DNA from: a virus
Direction: 5' to 3' (one strand)
DNA length: 39,520 nucleotides
IMG/VR virus record: IMGVR_UViG_3300045988_112015
Span: 1 to 39,520 of that record
The notes beneath the pieces are model-generated. The model did not search any database. It had not been told where the DNA came from and worked only from the letters and a program-made list of their open reading frames with translations. The first letter of the stretch is position 1. The number at the start of each line of letters is the position of its first letter. The position numbers and the translations under genes are program-made. This document shows positions 32,829-39,520 of the stretch, in pieces.

Positions 32829-34280
32829 TCATCTCCTTTTCTGATATGGGTTGTATTTCGTCTGTGCTTTTTGCCGTTGCGTCTGTCCTCGTATGACCGG
32901 CAGCGCAAAGGTAAGTGCCAGCGCGTCCGCTTCATTCGGTGACGGCAGGCCGCGCATTTTCATGTGGTCTTTGCTTTCCAACATAATTTCCCCTTTGTCG
33001 TTTACCGACGCTTCCGGGCCGATCAGGTCGTCATAGATAGTTTCTCCGTCCGGCAGCACACCGCCGTCCTGTAACCACGCTTTTACTTTGCCCCACATTT
33101 CGGCCCTCTTATTTGCAAATCCTTTGGTTCCGGATTTTCCTGCAAACGACACCAGTTTCCAGCGGCGGCCCATGGTCTGCCCAAAGGAATATATGCCGGT
33201 TCCGTAGCCCTGGTCGATAAATACCGCATCAGCGTGGTACTCATCTTCAAACCCCGCGATTATCGCCGCCATATGTCCGTCGTTGTCGTTTTTTGCATAC
33301 GTCCCCAGCCTCTTGCTGTATAGCCCTTGTCGCAAGTAAATAACAAAGTCATCGTCTCCTGTCCATGCCGGATCCACGCCGATGATAACCGGTGCAAAGT
33401 TGTATTGCGCCGGCCGAAGTGTACGCCTTTGCGCCTCTTCTACTATATCCGTGCCGATGTACTGGCTGTCCGATGCTGACGGAAAGTCCCCGCGTACGCG
33501 CACTTTGAAAAAGTCGCTGTCCTCGCCGTACTGTGCCTGCCATTCCTGTATCTGTCCTTTGTTTGCGATAGATACGCTACGGCTATCAATTTTTACAGTA
33601 TCCCAGTATTTACGATACTTTGTAAAACATGCATGGAATCTCCCGATATTACGCGTCGGATTGCCGTAGCAGCACCATATGATCTCCGTGTTTTTATCTG
33701 TCAAGGCCCCTTCCGTGACGTCCCATATGCGGTCGTCTACAGCCGACGCCTCGTCAAATACGATTAAAATCCTTTTCCCTTGATTGTGCAGGCCCGCGAA
33801 GGCTTCCGTGTTGGTGACGGACCATGGTATAGCGTCTATGCGCCACGTGCGTTCATGCTCCGCCTCGATTGAGAAAATCGCTGTCGCTGTATACGCAAAG
33901 AGTTCTTTCCCTATAAATTTACGGTGCCATTTTGCCAGCTCCGCCCATGTCTTGGTGCGTAGCTGCGCTTCCGTGTTGGCCGTGACGACGCCGCGCGTAT
34001 CCGGATGCGTTGAGATAGCCCACAAGATAATCCATGCCACCAAACTACTCTTTCCAATTCCATGTCCCGACGCAACTGCCTGGCGGATGACGGTATTCGG
34101 TGTTTCAAGCCCCTTTGCGATTTTTTCAAGCTGGGCTATCTGCCACGGCTGCGGTGCTTGTCCTTTTAATTCCGTATCGTTATCCCAATCAAACGCAAAG
34201 TATACCCACGCCACAGGATCGTGTGTAAGTTGTCCCAAGCAATCCATCAGCTCATACGCTTCGTCATGCGTCATTGGCAT
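32829..34280 (-). CDS. terL: Terminase large subunit
   Basis: Walker A VASGHGIGKS and Walker B ILIVFDEAS are followed by a C-terminal nuclease-like region. Length is 483 aa. Confidence 0.9.
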   Translation of the reverse strand: MPMTHDEAYELMDCLGQLTHDPVAWVYFAFDWDNDTELKGQAPQPWQIAQLEKIAKGLETPNTVIRQAVASGHGIGKSSLVAWIILWAISTHPDTRGVVTANTEAQLRTKTWAELAKWHRKFIGKELFAYTATAIFSIEAEHERTWRIDAIPWSVTNTEAFAGLHNQGKRILIVFDEASAVDDRIWDVTEGALTDKNTEIIWCCYGNPTRNIGRFHACFTKYRKYWDTVKIDSRSVSIANKGQIQEWQAQYGEDSDFFKVRVRGDFPSASDSQYIGTDIVEEAQRRTLRPAQYNFAPVIIGVDPAWTGDDDFVIYLRQGLYSKRLGTYAKNDNDGHMAAIIAGFEDEYHADAVFIDQGYGTGIYSFGQTMGRRWKLVSFAGKSGTKGFANKRAEMWGKVKAWLQDGGVLPDGETIYDDLIGPEASVNDKGEIMLESKDHMKMRGLPSPNEADALALTFALPVIRGQTQRQKAQTKYNPYQKRR

Positions 34281-34890
34281 TTCCTTCTTTCCTCTTTAAA
34301 GCATCCTGAAGCCTATCCGACAGTTTCAGTGTCGCATCCACTGTCACGCTACCCGTGAGTTCCGTCTGCTGCTTCTGTTTCCAGTCGTCCGGCGCAAGGT
34401 TTGTCAGGATAAAGGTCGCCGCTTTCGTGTCCGGCGGGATGATAATGCATTCCGTCTCCACTTTTTTCGTCACCTTTTTTCCTGTGACCCTGCCGTCTTT
34501 TACGATATCCATCGTCGTCGTCTCTTCTTTTTTCGGGATTACTTTTTCAATCCCAACGGCGCGGTGAAACAGCGCATCTTCCACTTCCGTTACGCAATAA
34601 TCTTTGCCGATGGAAAGGGCCTCCGAAAACTCCGGATGTTTTTTAATCCATTCATAAAACGTTGACTCTGATATGCCGATGTATGCGGCAATGGCTTCAT
34701 TATGCCATCCTTTACGACATAAGCCTGCAATGATTTTCAGGTTTTGATCCGTCTTAAATTTTTTCCATGTTGTTGCACGCCGCCTTATATTAATGTTCTT
34801 TTTGCGCGGGCTATTTGCGCGTGTATCTGTTTTTTTTAAAAAAATCTTCTCACGCTTAATCGGTTCGCCCCACACCTTGTTTTTACTCAT
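34264..34890 (-). CDS. terS: Terminase small subunit
   Basis: HTH-like NEAIAAYIGISESTFYEWIKKHPEFSEAL...ALFHRAVG. It overlaps the TerL start. The ATG at 34890 has AGGAGC upstream. Confidence 0.7.
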   Translation of the reverse strand: MSKNKVWGEPIKREKIFLKKTDTRANSPRKKNINIRRRATTWKKFKTDQNLKIIAGLCRKGWHNEAIAAYIGISESTFYEWIKKHPEFSEALSIGKDYCVTEVEDALFHRAVGIEKVIPKKEETTTMDIVKDGRVTGKKVTKKVETECIIIPPDTKAATFILTNLAPDDWKQKQQTELTGSVTVDATLKLSDRLQDALKRKEGNANDA

Positions 34891-34900
34891 TTTTTTGCTC

Positions 34901-35083
34901 CTATTTAAATACCCGTCTGCGGCTGGTATGCCGGACGGGCTCATGATTTAAGTCTGATTGATATGTTTTTCGCCACTTTCGTACAAAGCTTTTGCACTTT
35001 TCATGCGATATGATAAGAGGTTCTTTTGTGCAAACCTCTGCATGGTTGTATTCGCAGCGGCGATTATCGCAGTATATCATCTC
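34901..35083 (-). CDS. Small Cys-rich protein, first gene of the late operon
   Basis: MIYCDNRRCEYNHAEVCTKEPLIISHEKCKSF... read from the ATG at 35083, with GAGG upstream. Confidence 0.45.
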   Translation of the reverse strand, partial: EMIYCDNRRCEYNHAEVCTKEPLIISHEKCKSFVRKWRKTYQSDLNHEPVRHTSRRRVFK

Positions 35084-35302
35084 TACCTCTTTTACGGCAT
35101 AAAAAAAGACGTCCGCATCACGCAAGGCGCCTTTTTGTTTTATTTCACGCTATCATTTTATCACGTATCAAAGTATCATTTAGTATCCTCTTTTATTTTT
35201 TAGCAGGAAATTTTTATTTATTTTTTCTATAACCCCATAATTCCGCATGGTTAAGCCATTTGCAAATATTAAAAATATTTTAAAAAACTTTTTATTTTTC
35301 TC

Positions 35303-35331
35303 TTGACTTGTCACGCATTGCGTGATATACT
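35303..35331 (+). promoter_or_regulatory. Near-consensus promoter with a 7-1-7 palindromic operator filling the spacer
   Basis: TTGACT (35303-35308), a 17-nt spacer, then TATACT (35326-35331) with TG at the extended -10 position. The spacer contains TCACGCA-T-TGCGTGA (35311-35325). Confidence 0.75.
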
Positions 35332-35372
35332 TTACTCGACAATAAGGGCAACGGCCCAAAAGGAGGAAAAAA

Positions 35373-35630
35373 ATGAAAAAGAAAAAAATAAACATCCGTG
35401 TATTAAACGCAGTAAAAAATTTCTCTGACCCGTGGCATCGGGTCAAGGCCTACAACCCCGTAGGCCGGTACTTCGAGCGGGTCACCACAAACGGTTGCCC
35501 CGAAGAAGTACAAAACGGGGGTGTCTATGGCCTCGGCGCGCCGAAGAACGCCGAGGTGCTGGCGTGGTTCCGGTCTTACGGAACCGCAAGGCGGCGCCAG
35601 CTGCTCCGGGCTATGCACATAAGTGCATAG
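35373..35630 (+). CDS. 85-aa ORF with a strong RBS, spanning a GC-rich hairpin-dense segment (coding status uncertain)
   Basis: AAGGAGG lies 7 nt upstream of the ATG. The N-terminus (MKKKKINIRVLNAVKNF) is AT-rich and the rest is GC-rich. By hand count over codons 35427-35627, GC is 44/67 at position 1, 34/67 at position 2 and 50/67 at position 3. That is a coding-like pattern. Confidence 0.4.
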   Translation: MKKKKINIRVLNAVKNFSDPWHRVKAYNPVGRYFERVTTNGCPEEVQNGGVYGLGAPKNAEVLAWFRSYGTARRRQLLRAMHISA

Positions 35631-35646
35631 CTCTAAAAAAAAGTTG

Positions 35647-35673
35647 AATTGCCGCAAAAGCGGCGAAAGGAGA
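35647..35673 (+). repeat. 27-nt hairpin-plus-SD junction element, copy 1
   Basis: AATTGCCGCAAAAGCGGCGAAAGGAGA, located 10 nt upstream of the ATG at 35683. Confidence 0.7.
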
Positions 35674-35682
35674 TAGTTAAAA

Positions 35683-36366
35683 ATGGAATTGAAAAAATAC
35701 AACGCTGGTAATAAAATTACCAGCTCAACCGAATACCTGTTTAGCCGCGGATGGAGTATCTGCGACGACGGCTTTATCTATATTACTGATTTAAGAGACC
35801 AGTACGGCTGGTCTTTCAAAATTAAATACAGCGGCCAGTTAAAAGCCGCGTTTTTAAACGCGCACGGAACGCAAGCCGAACTTGACGTCCTGGATGACAC
35901 CATAGGCAATCCTGCGACATACGGATTGTCCGGAGAAGATGTCATCGCTTCTCCGTCTGCGCGGTTTAACCCGTGCGACTTTGAAGAACTTGAGGTCGGC
36001 GACCTCAAGGCCATCCGCATCGACGGCGTTGAGAACTGGATCCGTGTCAAAGAAATACCGAGTCGGGTTTTCTTTGACACGGAAACATGCGACTACGTCG
36101 ATAGCCACTTTGACTATATCGACGTGTACGACGTAGTCGAATTTAATGACTACGATATTGACGGCGAGGAATATAAACTCGCCATCGCCTCTGACGCACA
36201 ATTCGAGGGGCCGCGCGGAGAGGAAAAAATCGCCGCCCAAGTTGTCGACAAGGACGGCACTGAGTACTTATTGTACTGGGACGTCGCCGACGACTGGAAA
36301 GATGACGACGGGGACATGTCCCACGCCGCCGACTGGGACAACCCAGTTGATATCACGAAAGCGTGA
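35683..36366 (+). CDS. Acidic hypothetical protein (227 aa)
   Basis: D/E-rich, for example DVADDWKDDDGDMSHAADWDNPVD at the C-terminus. Good RBS. Confidence 0.7.
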   Translation: MELKKYNAGNKITSSTEYLFSRGWSICDDGFIYITDLRDQYGWSFKIKYSGQLKAAFLNAHGTQAELDVLDDTIGNPATYGLSGEDVIASPSARFNPCDFEELEVGDLKAIRIDGVENWIRVKEIPSRVFFDTETCDYVDSHFDYIDVYDVVEFNDYDIDGEEYKLAIASDAQFEGPRGEEKIAAQVVDKDGTEYLLYWDVADDWKDDDGDMSHAADWDNPVDITKA

Positions 36367-36370
36367 TATC

Positions 36371-36565
36371 ATGTCTGAAAAAATTAAAGAAGCCCGCGTT
36401 GCTGCGGGTCTCACACAAAAAGAAGTGTGCGAACTTCTCGGTATCCCACCGCGCACACTGCAAGATTGGGAAGCCGGGCGGAGAAATCCGCCGGCTTGGG
36501 CGGAATCCCTTATTTTAGAAAAAATTAATTGCCGCGGAAGCGGCGAAAGGAGAAAAGAAAAATGA
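36371..36565 (+). CDS. Small HTH (XRE-like) DNA-binding protein, Aca-like candidate autoregulator
   Basis: MSEKIKEARVAAGLTQKEVCELLGIPPRTLQDWEAGRRNPPAWAESLILEKI... Length is 64 aa. Confidence 0.75.
   Translation: MSEKIKEARVAAGLTQKEVCELLGIPPRTLQDWEAGRRNPPAWAESLILEKINCRGSGERRKEK
36527..36553 (+). repeat. 27-nt hairpin-plus-SD junction element, copy 2
   Basis: AATTGCCGCGGAAGCGGCGAAAGGAGA, 25/27 identical to copy 1. It lies 9 nt upstream of the ATG at 36562. Confidence 0.7.
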
Positions 36566-36568
36566 CTT

Positions 36569-36868
36569 TTGAAGAATTCAAACAGACAAAACAGTACACG
36601 ACTATTCAAGAAACAGTTTCAACTTAATCGCTACGGGGAAGGCAACTACACTGTGCAAGTCGGATTTGATGATCGCGGATGGGCAGATATGTATAAAGGA
36701 AATCTGTACGGTGCAATACTTGAGTTCGACGCACAGCTAGAAAGCAACTGCGATGATGACGATCTCGCTATGTGTATCGATTTAACCGTCGATACAAAAA
36801 CCGGGCAGCACTCGCTGCTCCGCGTTGACGAGAACTGCAGTATCGTATTCGACGATACAAACAGCTAA
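36569..36868 (+). CDS. Acidic hypothetical ORF with unresolved start (99 codons open, no convincing initiation site)
   Basis: The well-placed ATG at 36562 (ATGA overlap, SD present) opens a different frame that stops after 21 codons. The long frame is the same frame as the upstream HTH gene. Confidence 0.4.
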   Translation: MKNSNRQNSTRLFKKQFQLNRYGEGNYTVQVGFDDRGWADMYKGNLYGAILEFDAQLESNCDDDDLAMCIDLTVDTKTGQHSLLRVDENCSIVFDDTNS

Positions 36869-36871
36869 CAC

Positions 36872-36901
36872 ATAAGCCCTCATTACGAGGGCTTATTTTT
36901 A
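36872..36901 (+). terminator. Rho-independent terminator closing the plus-strand island
   Basis: ATAAGCCCTC-ATTAC-GAGGGCTTAT stem followed by TTTTT. Confidence 0.8.
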
Positions 36902-36948
36902 TGCTAAAAGGCGGCCATAATGACCGCCTCGTCCTACGAATATTTTTT

Positions 36949-37404
36949 TCATGCATCTAGTTTTATTTTTTGTTCCTTTGCGATTTCATTTAATTTTCTC
37001 ACAGCAATTCGTCTTATTCTTAACACGTGTCCTCTCGACATGTGTGTATGTTTTGCGACCTGCTCCCAACTCATAAAATCTAAATAGTAATATCTCAACA
37101 CCGCTTCCTGCATATCATCGCAAAGCAAGCTTATAAATGCCTTTCCCGCTTCTCTTTGCTCGTACAGGATTTTCATTTCCTTGTTTATTTTTTCCGCATA
37201 TCTCTCTACTGCTATAGCAATATCCGCCAGATCTTTTTTTTTACCGCCTTTTGTTATTGGCTTATTGTAGTTTACGCCACTTAATAACAGCCCGTTTTCT
37301 TCCAAGTATTTTGCGTATTTCAATTCTTCAATTTTCCAATATTGTTTTCTGATTCTCGCTAAGTATCTTTGGGCAAACTCATCTCTCTGCATATCAGTCC
37401 TCAT
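36949..37404 (-). CDS. Sigma-70 region-4-like transcriptional regulator (ArpU/RinA/DUF1492-type late activator candidate)
   Basis: The C-terminus LRYYYLDFMSWEQVAKHTHMSRGHVLRIRRIAVRKL is a region-4 HTH pattern. It is the last gene before the late operon. Confidence 0.55.
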   Translation of the reverse strand: MRTDMQRDEFAQRYLARIRKQYWKIEELKYAKYLEENGLLLSGVNYNKPITKGGKKKDLADIAIAVERYAEKINKEMKILYEQREAGKAFISLLCDDMQEAVLRYYYLDFMSWEQVAKHTHMSRGHVLRIRRIAVRKLNEIAKEQKIKLDA

Positions 37405-37923
37405 TTATCGTTTTTCCTGACTCCATCTTAGCTTAATATTTTCTTTTTCAGCCCGTAGCTTCAAGATATCCATATATCCTCTCATGGCCTTTAATTGCTC
37501 ACGTAGGATATTTATTGGGCCTGTAAGTTCAAAATCCAGCATTCCACAATCATATCGCGCAATCGTTGTTTCCAGCTTTTCATATCTTATTTTCAATTGC
37601 CAATATTCAGCCTTAAAGCGTTTTTTGTAATTCTTGCTTTTCATAAGTTTTGCCGTGTCTTTTAATCTTATTTCTTTAATCTCGCATTGTTTCTTCATTT
37701 TAATCATCCTTTCAGTTGTAACCAAAGGCATCCTTTTCAGTGTTTCGATTTCTTCTGATAGCCGCTTTTTTTCCTGCAACGGTTTACACAACTGACGCAT
37801 CCGCTCTATAAACATTCTGCGCGCGTTTGATTCGGCTTTTACCGCTTCATATGCCCCGTATATCAAAACAACCGTTAATACGCCGCTTCCAAACAGCAAT
37901 ATTCCTACAAACATTCCAGGCAT
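37405..37923 (-). CDS. Membrane-anchored coiled-coil hypothetical protein
   Basis: N-terminal TM segment FVGILLFGSGVLTVVLIYGAY. The C-terminal AEYWQLKIRYEKLETTI...LREQLKAMRGYMDILKLR motif is common in small phage proteins. Confidence 0.55.
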   Translation of the reverse strand: MPGMFVGILLFGSGVLTVVLIYGAYEAVKAESNARRMFIERMRQLCKPLQEKKRLSEEIETLKRMPLVTTERMIKMKKQCEIKEIRLKDTAKLMKSKNYKKRFKAEYWQLKIRYEKLETTIARYDCGMLDFELTGPINILREQLKAMRGYMDILKLRAEKENIKLRWSQEKR

Positions 37924-37955
37924 TATTCTTCACACTCCCGTTATTCTCTGTTTGT

Positions 37956-38351
37956 TCAGCTTTCCTCTTCCATCAGCTCCTCAATGCTATACCGCTTCGG
38001 ATTCGTCATAAAAAACTTCGTATTACGATACTCCGGATGTGAGCTTTCCCAATTCTCATACGCTTCTGTCAGAACTTTTTCCAGTTCGTCCATATGCTCT
38101 CCTTTTATATTATTGAGATAATCATCATCCTCGAAACCCTCGTTATATGCATCGTCCGCAATATCTTCCAAGACTCTTCCCGTATTTACTTGGGGTTCAA
38201 ATCTGCGTACCTTCCCTACAAAAATAAATTCATATTCGTTCTCATGCTCCCAAAGTTCATAAGCTTCCAAAGCTTCGTTGATAGCTTCTTTTTCCGTATC
38301 AAATATCCCGTAGCACGTTTCATTATCAAAACTATATGCGTATTCTGCCAT
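37956..38351 (-). CDS. Highly acidic hypothetical protein (131 aa)
   Basis: Very D/E-rich, for example DIADDAYNEGFEDDDY and EELMEEES. Confidence 0.6.
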   Translation of the reverse strand: MAEYAYSFDNETCYGIFDTEKEAINEALEAYELWEHENEYEFIFVGKVRRFEPQVNTGRVLEDIADDAYNEGFEDDDYLNNIKGEHMDELEKVLTEAYENWESSHPEYRNTKFFMTNPKRYSIEELMEEES

Positions 38352-38369
38352 TCTTTTTTACTCCTTTTT

Positions 38370-39173
38370 TTACGTAATACTTTCATCATCCAGCACGCCG
38401 AAGATATTAATAGGCTCTATGTCTTCGTGCGGAATTCCCTTTCCATTTATCCAAAACGCCATTTGGTCATCAACGGTTTTAAATAGCACTTTTTTTCCTT
38501 CGCGCTTCCGTTTTTTCATCGCCAGCTCTGCGCCGCCCCGCCATTGATACTTGTAAATATGCGGCCATCTCGCAATATCCTTGAGCTTTTTTTCTCGGCT
38601 AATAAATGGGCAGCATACACATCCAATGCGAGTAAATCCCTCATCATACAGCCAACAATAGGGTACTCTGTATGTTTTGATGTACTCCCAAACCTCTTGA
38701 GTGCTCCACTCAATAATCGGATGTATAAACCTCTTGCCGTTGGGTTGCCTGCACGGCTCAATTAATTTGCGAGTTGCGCGTCTTGCGCTTTCTGCATGCC
38801 TGATCCCTGTAACAACATATCTTCCGGCGCCTCCGCGCTCTTTATATTCTGCGCAGCAATATCTTACTATCCGCGTCGGCAGTATCCCCTTTTTTTCAAT
38901 CAGTTTTCTCATGCTTATTCGCGGTTTTTCTATTGTGACTTCCGGATGATTTTGTTTAACAAATCTCACAACTTCCGGCGGATCTACCGTCGTCAGATTA
39001 AAATGCGCGTCAAATTTTACGCCGGACTTTTTTACGAGATCCAAGACGACACAACTGTCTTTTCCACCTGAAAAGGCCACATAATAACCTTCCACCGGTT
39101 CATGCAGTTTTAGTCGTCTGATTGCCAAATCAACTTTATCGATTGTTCCCCAAAGCGTCTGTTCTTTTAACAT
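38370..39173 (-). CDS. PAPS-reductase-family ATP pyrophosphatase-like protein with Fe-S-type cysteines
   Basis: Contains the PP-loop AFSGGKDS, a Cys pair RYCCAEY and a later cluster GCVCCP, i.e. the CC...CxxC arrangement seen in APS reductase and DndC-type proteins. Confidence 0.8.
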   Translation of the reverse strand: MLKEQTLWGTIDKVDLAIRRLKLHEPVEGYYVAFSGGKDSCVVLDLVKKSGVKFDAHFNLTTVDPPEVVRFVKQNHPEVTIEKPRISMRKLIEKKGILPTRIVRYCCAEYKERGGAGRYVVTGIRHAESARRATRKLIEPCRQPNGKRFIHPIIEWSTQEVWEYIKTYRVPYCWLYDEGFTRIGCVCCPFISREKKLKDIARWPHIYKYQWRGGAELAMKKRKREGKKVLFKTVDDQMAFWINGKGIPHEDIEPINIFGVLDDESIT

Positions 39174-39183
39174 TTCTCATACC

Positions 39184-39520
39184 TCAAAATAGCGACATTT
39201 CCTGCGTGGCGACTGGATTTATATAAACGCATTCCGTCGCCGTCTTTGCGAAATTTGTTTGCGTTTTTATGAGCTTCTTTTCCCATCCTATGAGCAACTT
39301 GTTATACATCTCATTCTCATATGCACTGATGATGCACGGCCCTACATGTTGTTTGCATATATTCAGCAATTTTTCATGCTCTGCAGATGTGGCAAATTCA
39401 TGCGCATAGTGTAAGTTAGTCCGCACGCTCCTCAAGTACGGTGGATCCGCATACAACAGCGTGCCTCTGCGGTTGTATAAAGGGATGAGTTCCAACGCGT
39501 CCATGCACTCTATTTGCGCC
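39184..39520 (-). CDS. dam: DNA adenine methyltransferase, D12/Dam class, C-terminal part (continuation of 516..1)
   Basis: ...LLYADPPYLRSVRTNLHYAHEF... carries the DPPY catalytic motif. The frame is open to the window end and continuous with 1..516 through the overlap. Confidence 0.9.
   Translation of the reverse strand, partial: AQIECMDALELIPLYNRRGTLLYADPPYLRSVRTNLHYAHEFATSAEHEKLLNICKQHVGPCIISAYENEMYNKLLIGWEKKLIKTQTNFAKTATECVYINPVATQEMSLF
39466..39520. repeat. Second copy of the 55-bp terminal overlap
   Basis: Identical to 1..55 by direct comparison. Confidence 0.9.

Noticed and set aside
12891-34299. Dozens of 60-250-aa plus-strand ORFs in the track across the structural region, plus 8..493, 548..907 and similar in the early arm
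   Set aside because: They are antisense shadows of long, motif-bearing minus-strand genes. Their translations are low-complexity (S/F/L/P-rich), and they lack RBSs and overlap real genes completely.
35180-35446. 88-aa minus-strand ORF across the island promoter
   Set aside because: It is AT-rich and low-complexity (FFFFIFFLLL). It runs antisense through a near-consensus promoter/operator and has no RBS.
35403-35702. ORFs 35432..35647 (+) and 35403..35702 (-) over the GC-rich segment
   Set aside because: They are open only because GC-rich sequence lacks stop codons. They have no RBS, and their R/P/G-rich translations look like frame artefacts. Only the frame from 35373 has a start signal and a codon-position GC gradient.
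35647-36553. CRISPR-like or other arrayed repeat
   Set aside because: There are only two copies of the 27-nt element, about 880 nt apart, each tied to a gene start. No regularly spaced array occurs anywhere in the window.
1-39520. Genome-wide TGA recoding (code 4 or 25-like, or phage late-gene stop recoding) as the explanation for the two in-frame TGA junctions
   Set aside because: Under the standard code the genome gives long uninterrupted ORFs, including genes of 2758, 938 and 870 aa, and tidy gene boundaries. TGA is therefore not generally a sense codon. At most, local leaky readthrough or mutation is involved.

Overview
The window is a complete, circularly closed genome of about 39.47 kb from a temperate tailed phage. 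Positions 1-55 and 39466-39520 are identical, and a Dam methyltransferase gene reads in frame through that junction.

Almost all genes are on the minus strand:
- **Early/replication arm**, running 4956 -> 1 and wrapping 39520 -> 36949. It encodes a Cro-like HTH, dUTPase, an interrupted phage Dam-family methyltransferase, an HUH rolling-circle Rep, an HNH nuclease, a D12-class Dam, a PAPS-reductase-like Fe-S protein and a sigma-region-4-like regulator.
- **Late operon**, running 35083 -> 8780, with a T7/BPP-1-like podovirus layout: TerS, TerL, portal, Bbp19-like protein, scaffold, capsid, cement, gp11-like adaptor, gp12-like nozzle, then internal virion proteins of 179, 222, 870 and 2758 aa, tail fibre, and a lysis cassette (XhlA-like, holin, GH25 endolysin).

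Two plus-strand blocks interrupt this:
- **Lysogeny module (5127-8439):** XRE repressor, ImmA-type metalloprotease, an AT-rich membrane moron and a large serine integrase.
- **Counter-oriented island (35303-36901):** it has its own promoter/operator and terminator.

No tRNA, rRNA or CRISPR array was seen.

Most unusual observations:
1. Two start-less but stop-free paralogous tail-fibre tip cassettes are stacked directly behind the fibre gene. Each is in the +1 frame of the previous unit, and all three units share an ACAGTGGGGA core.
2. Two membrane/coiled-coil ORFs after the endolysin start 4 nt apart from one RBS and overlap almost completely in different frames.
3. The counter-oriented island looks like an Acr/Aca-style anti-defence operon and begins with a GC-rich, hairpin-dense segment.
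4. The 2758-aa ejected protein is polyvalent, with ART-like and HExxH modules.
5. Two in-frame TGA junctions occur in the early and island genes.

All functional calls come from motif reading by eye. No database search was run.
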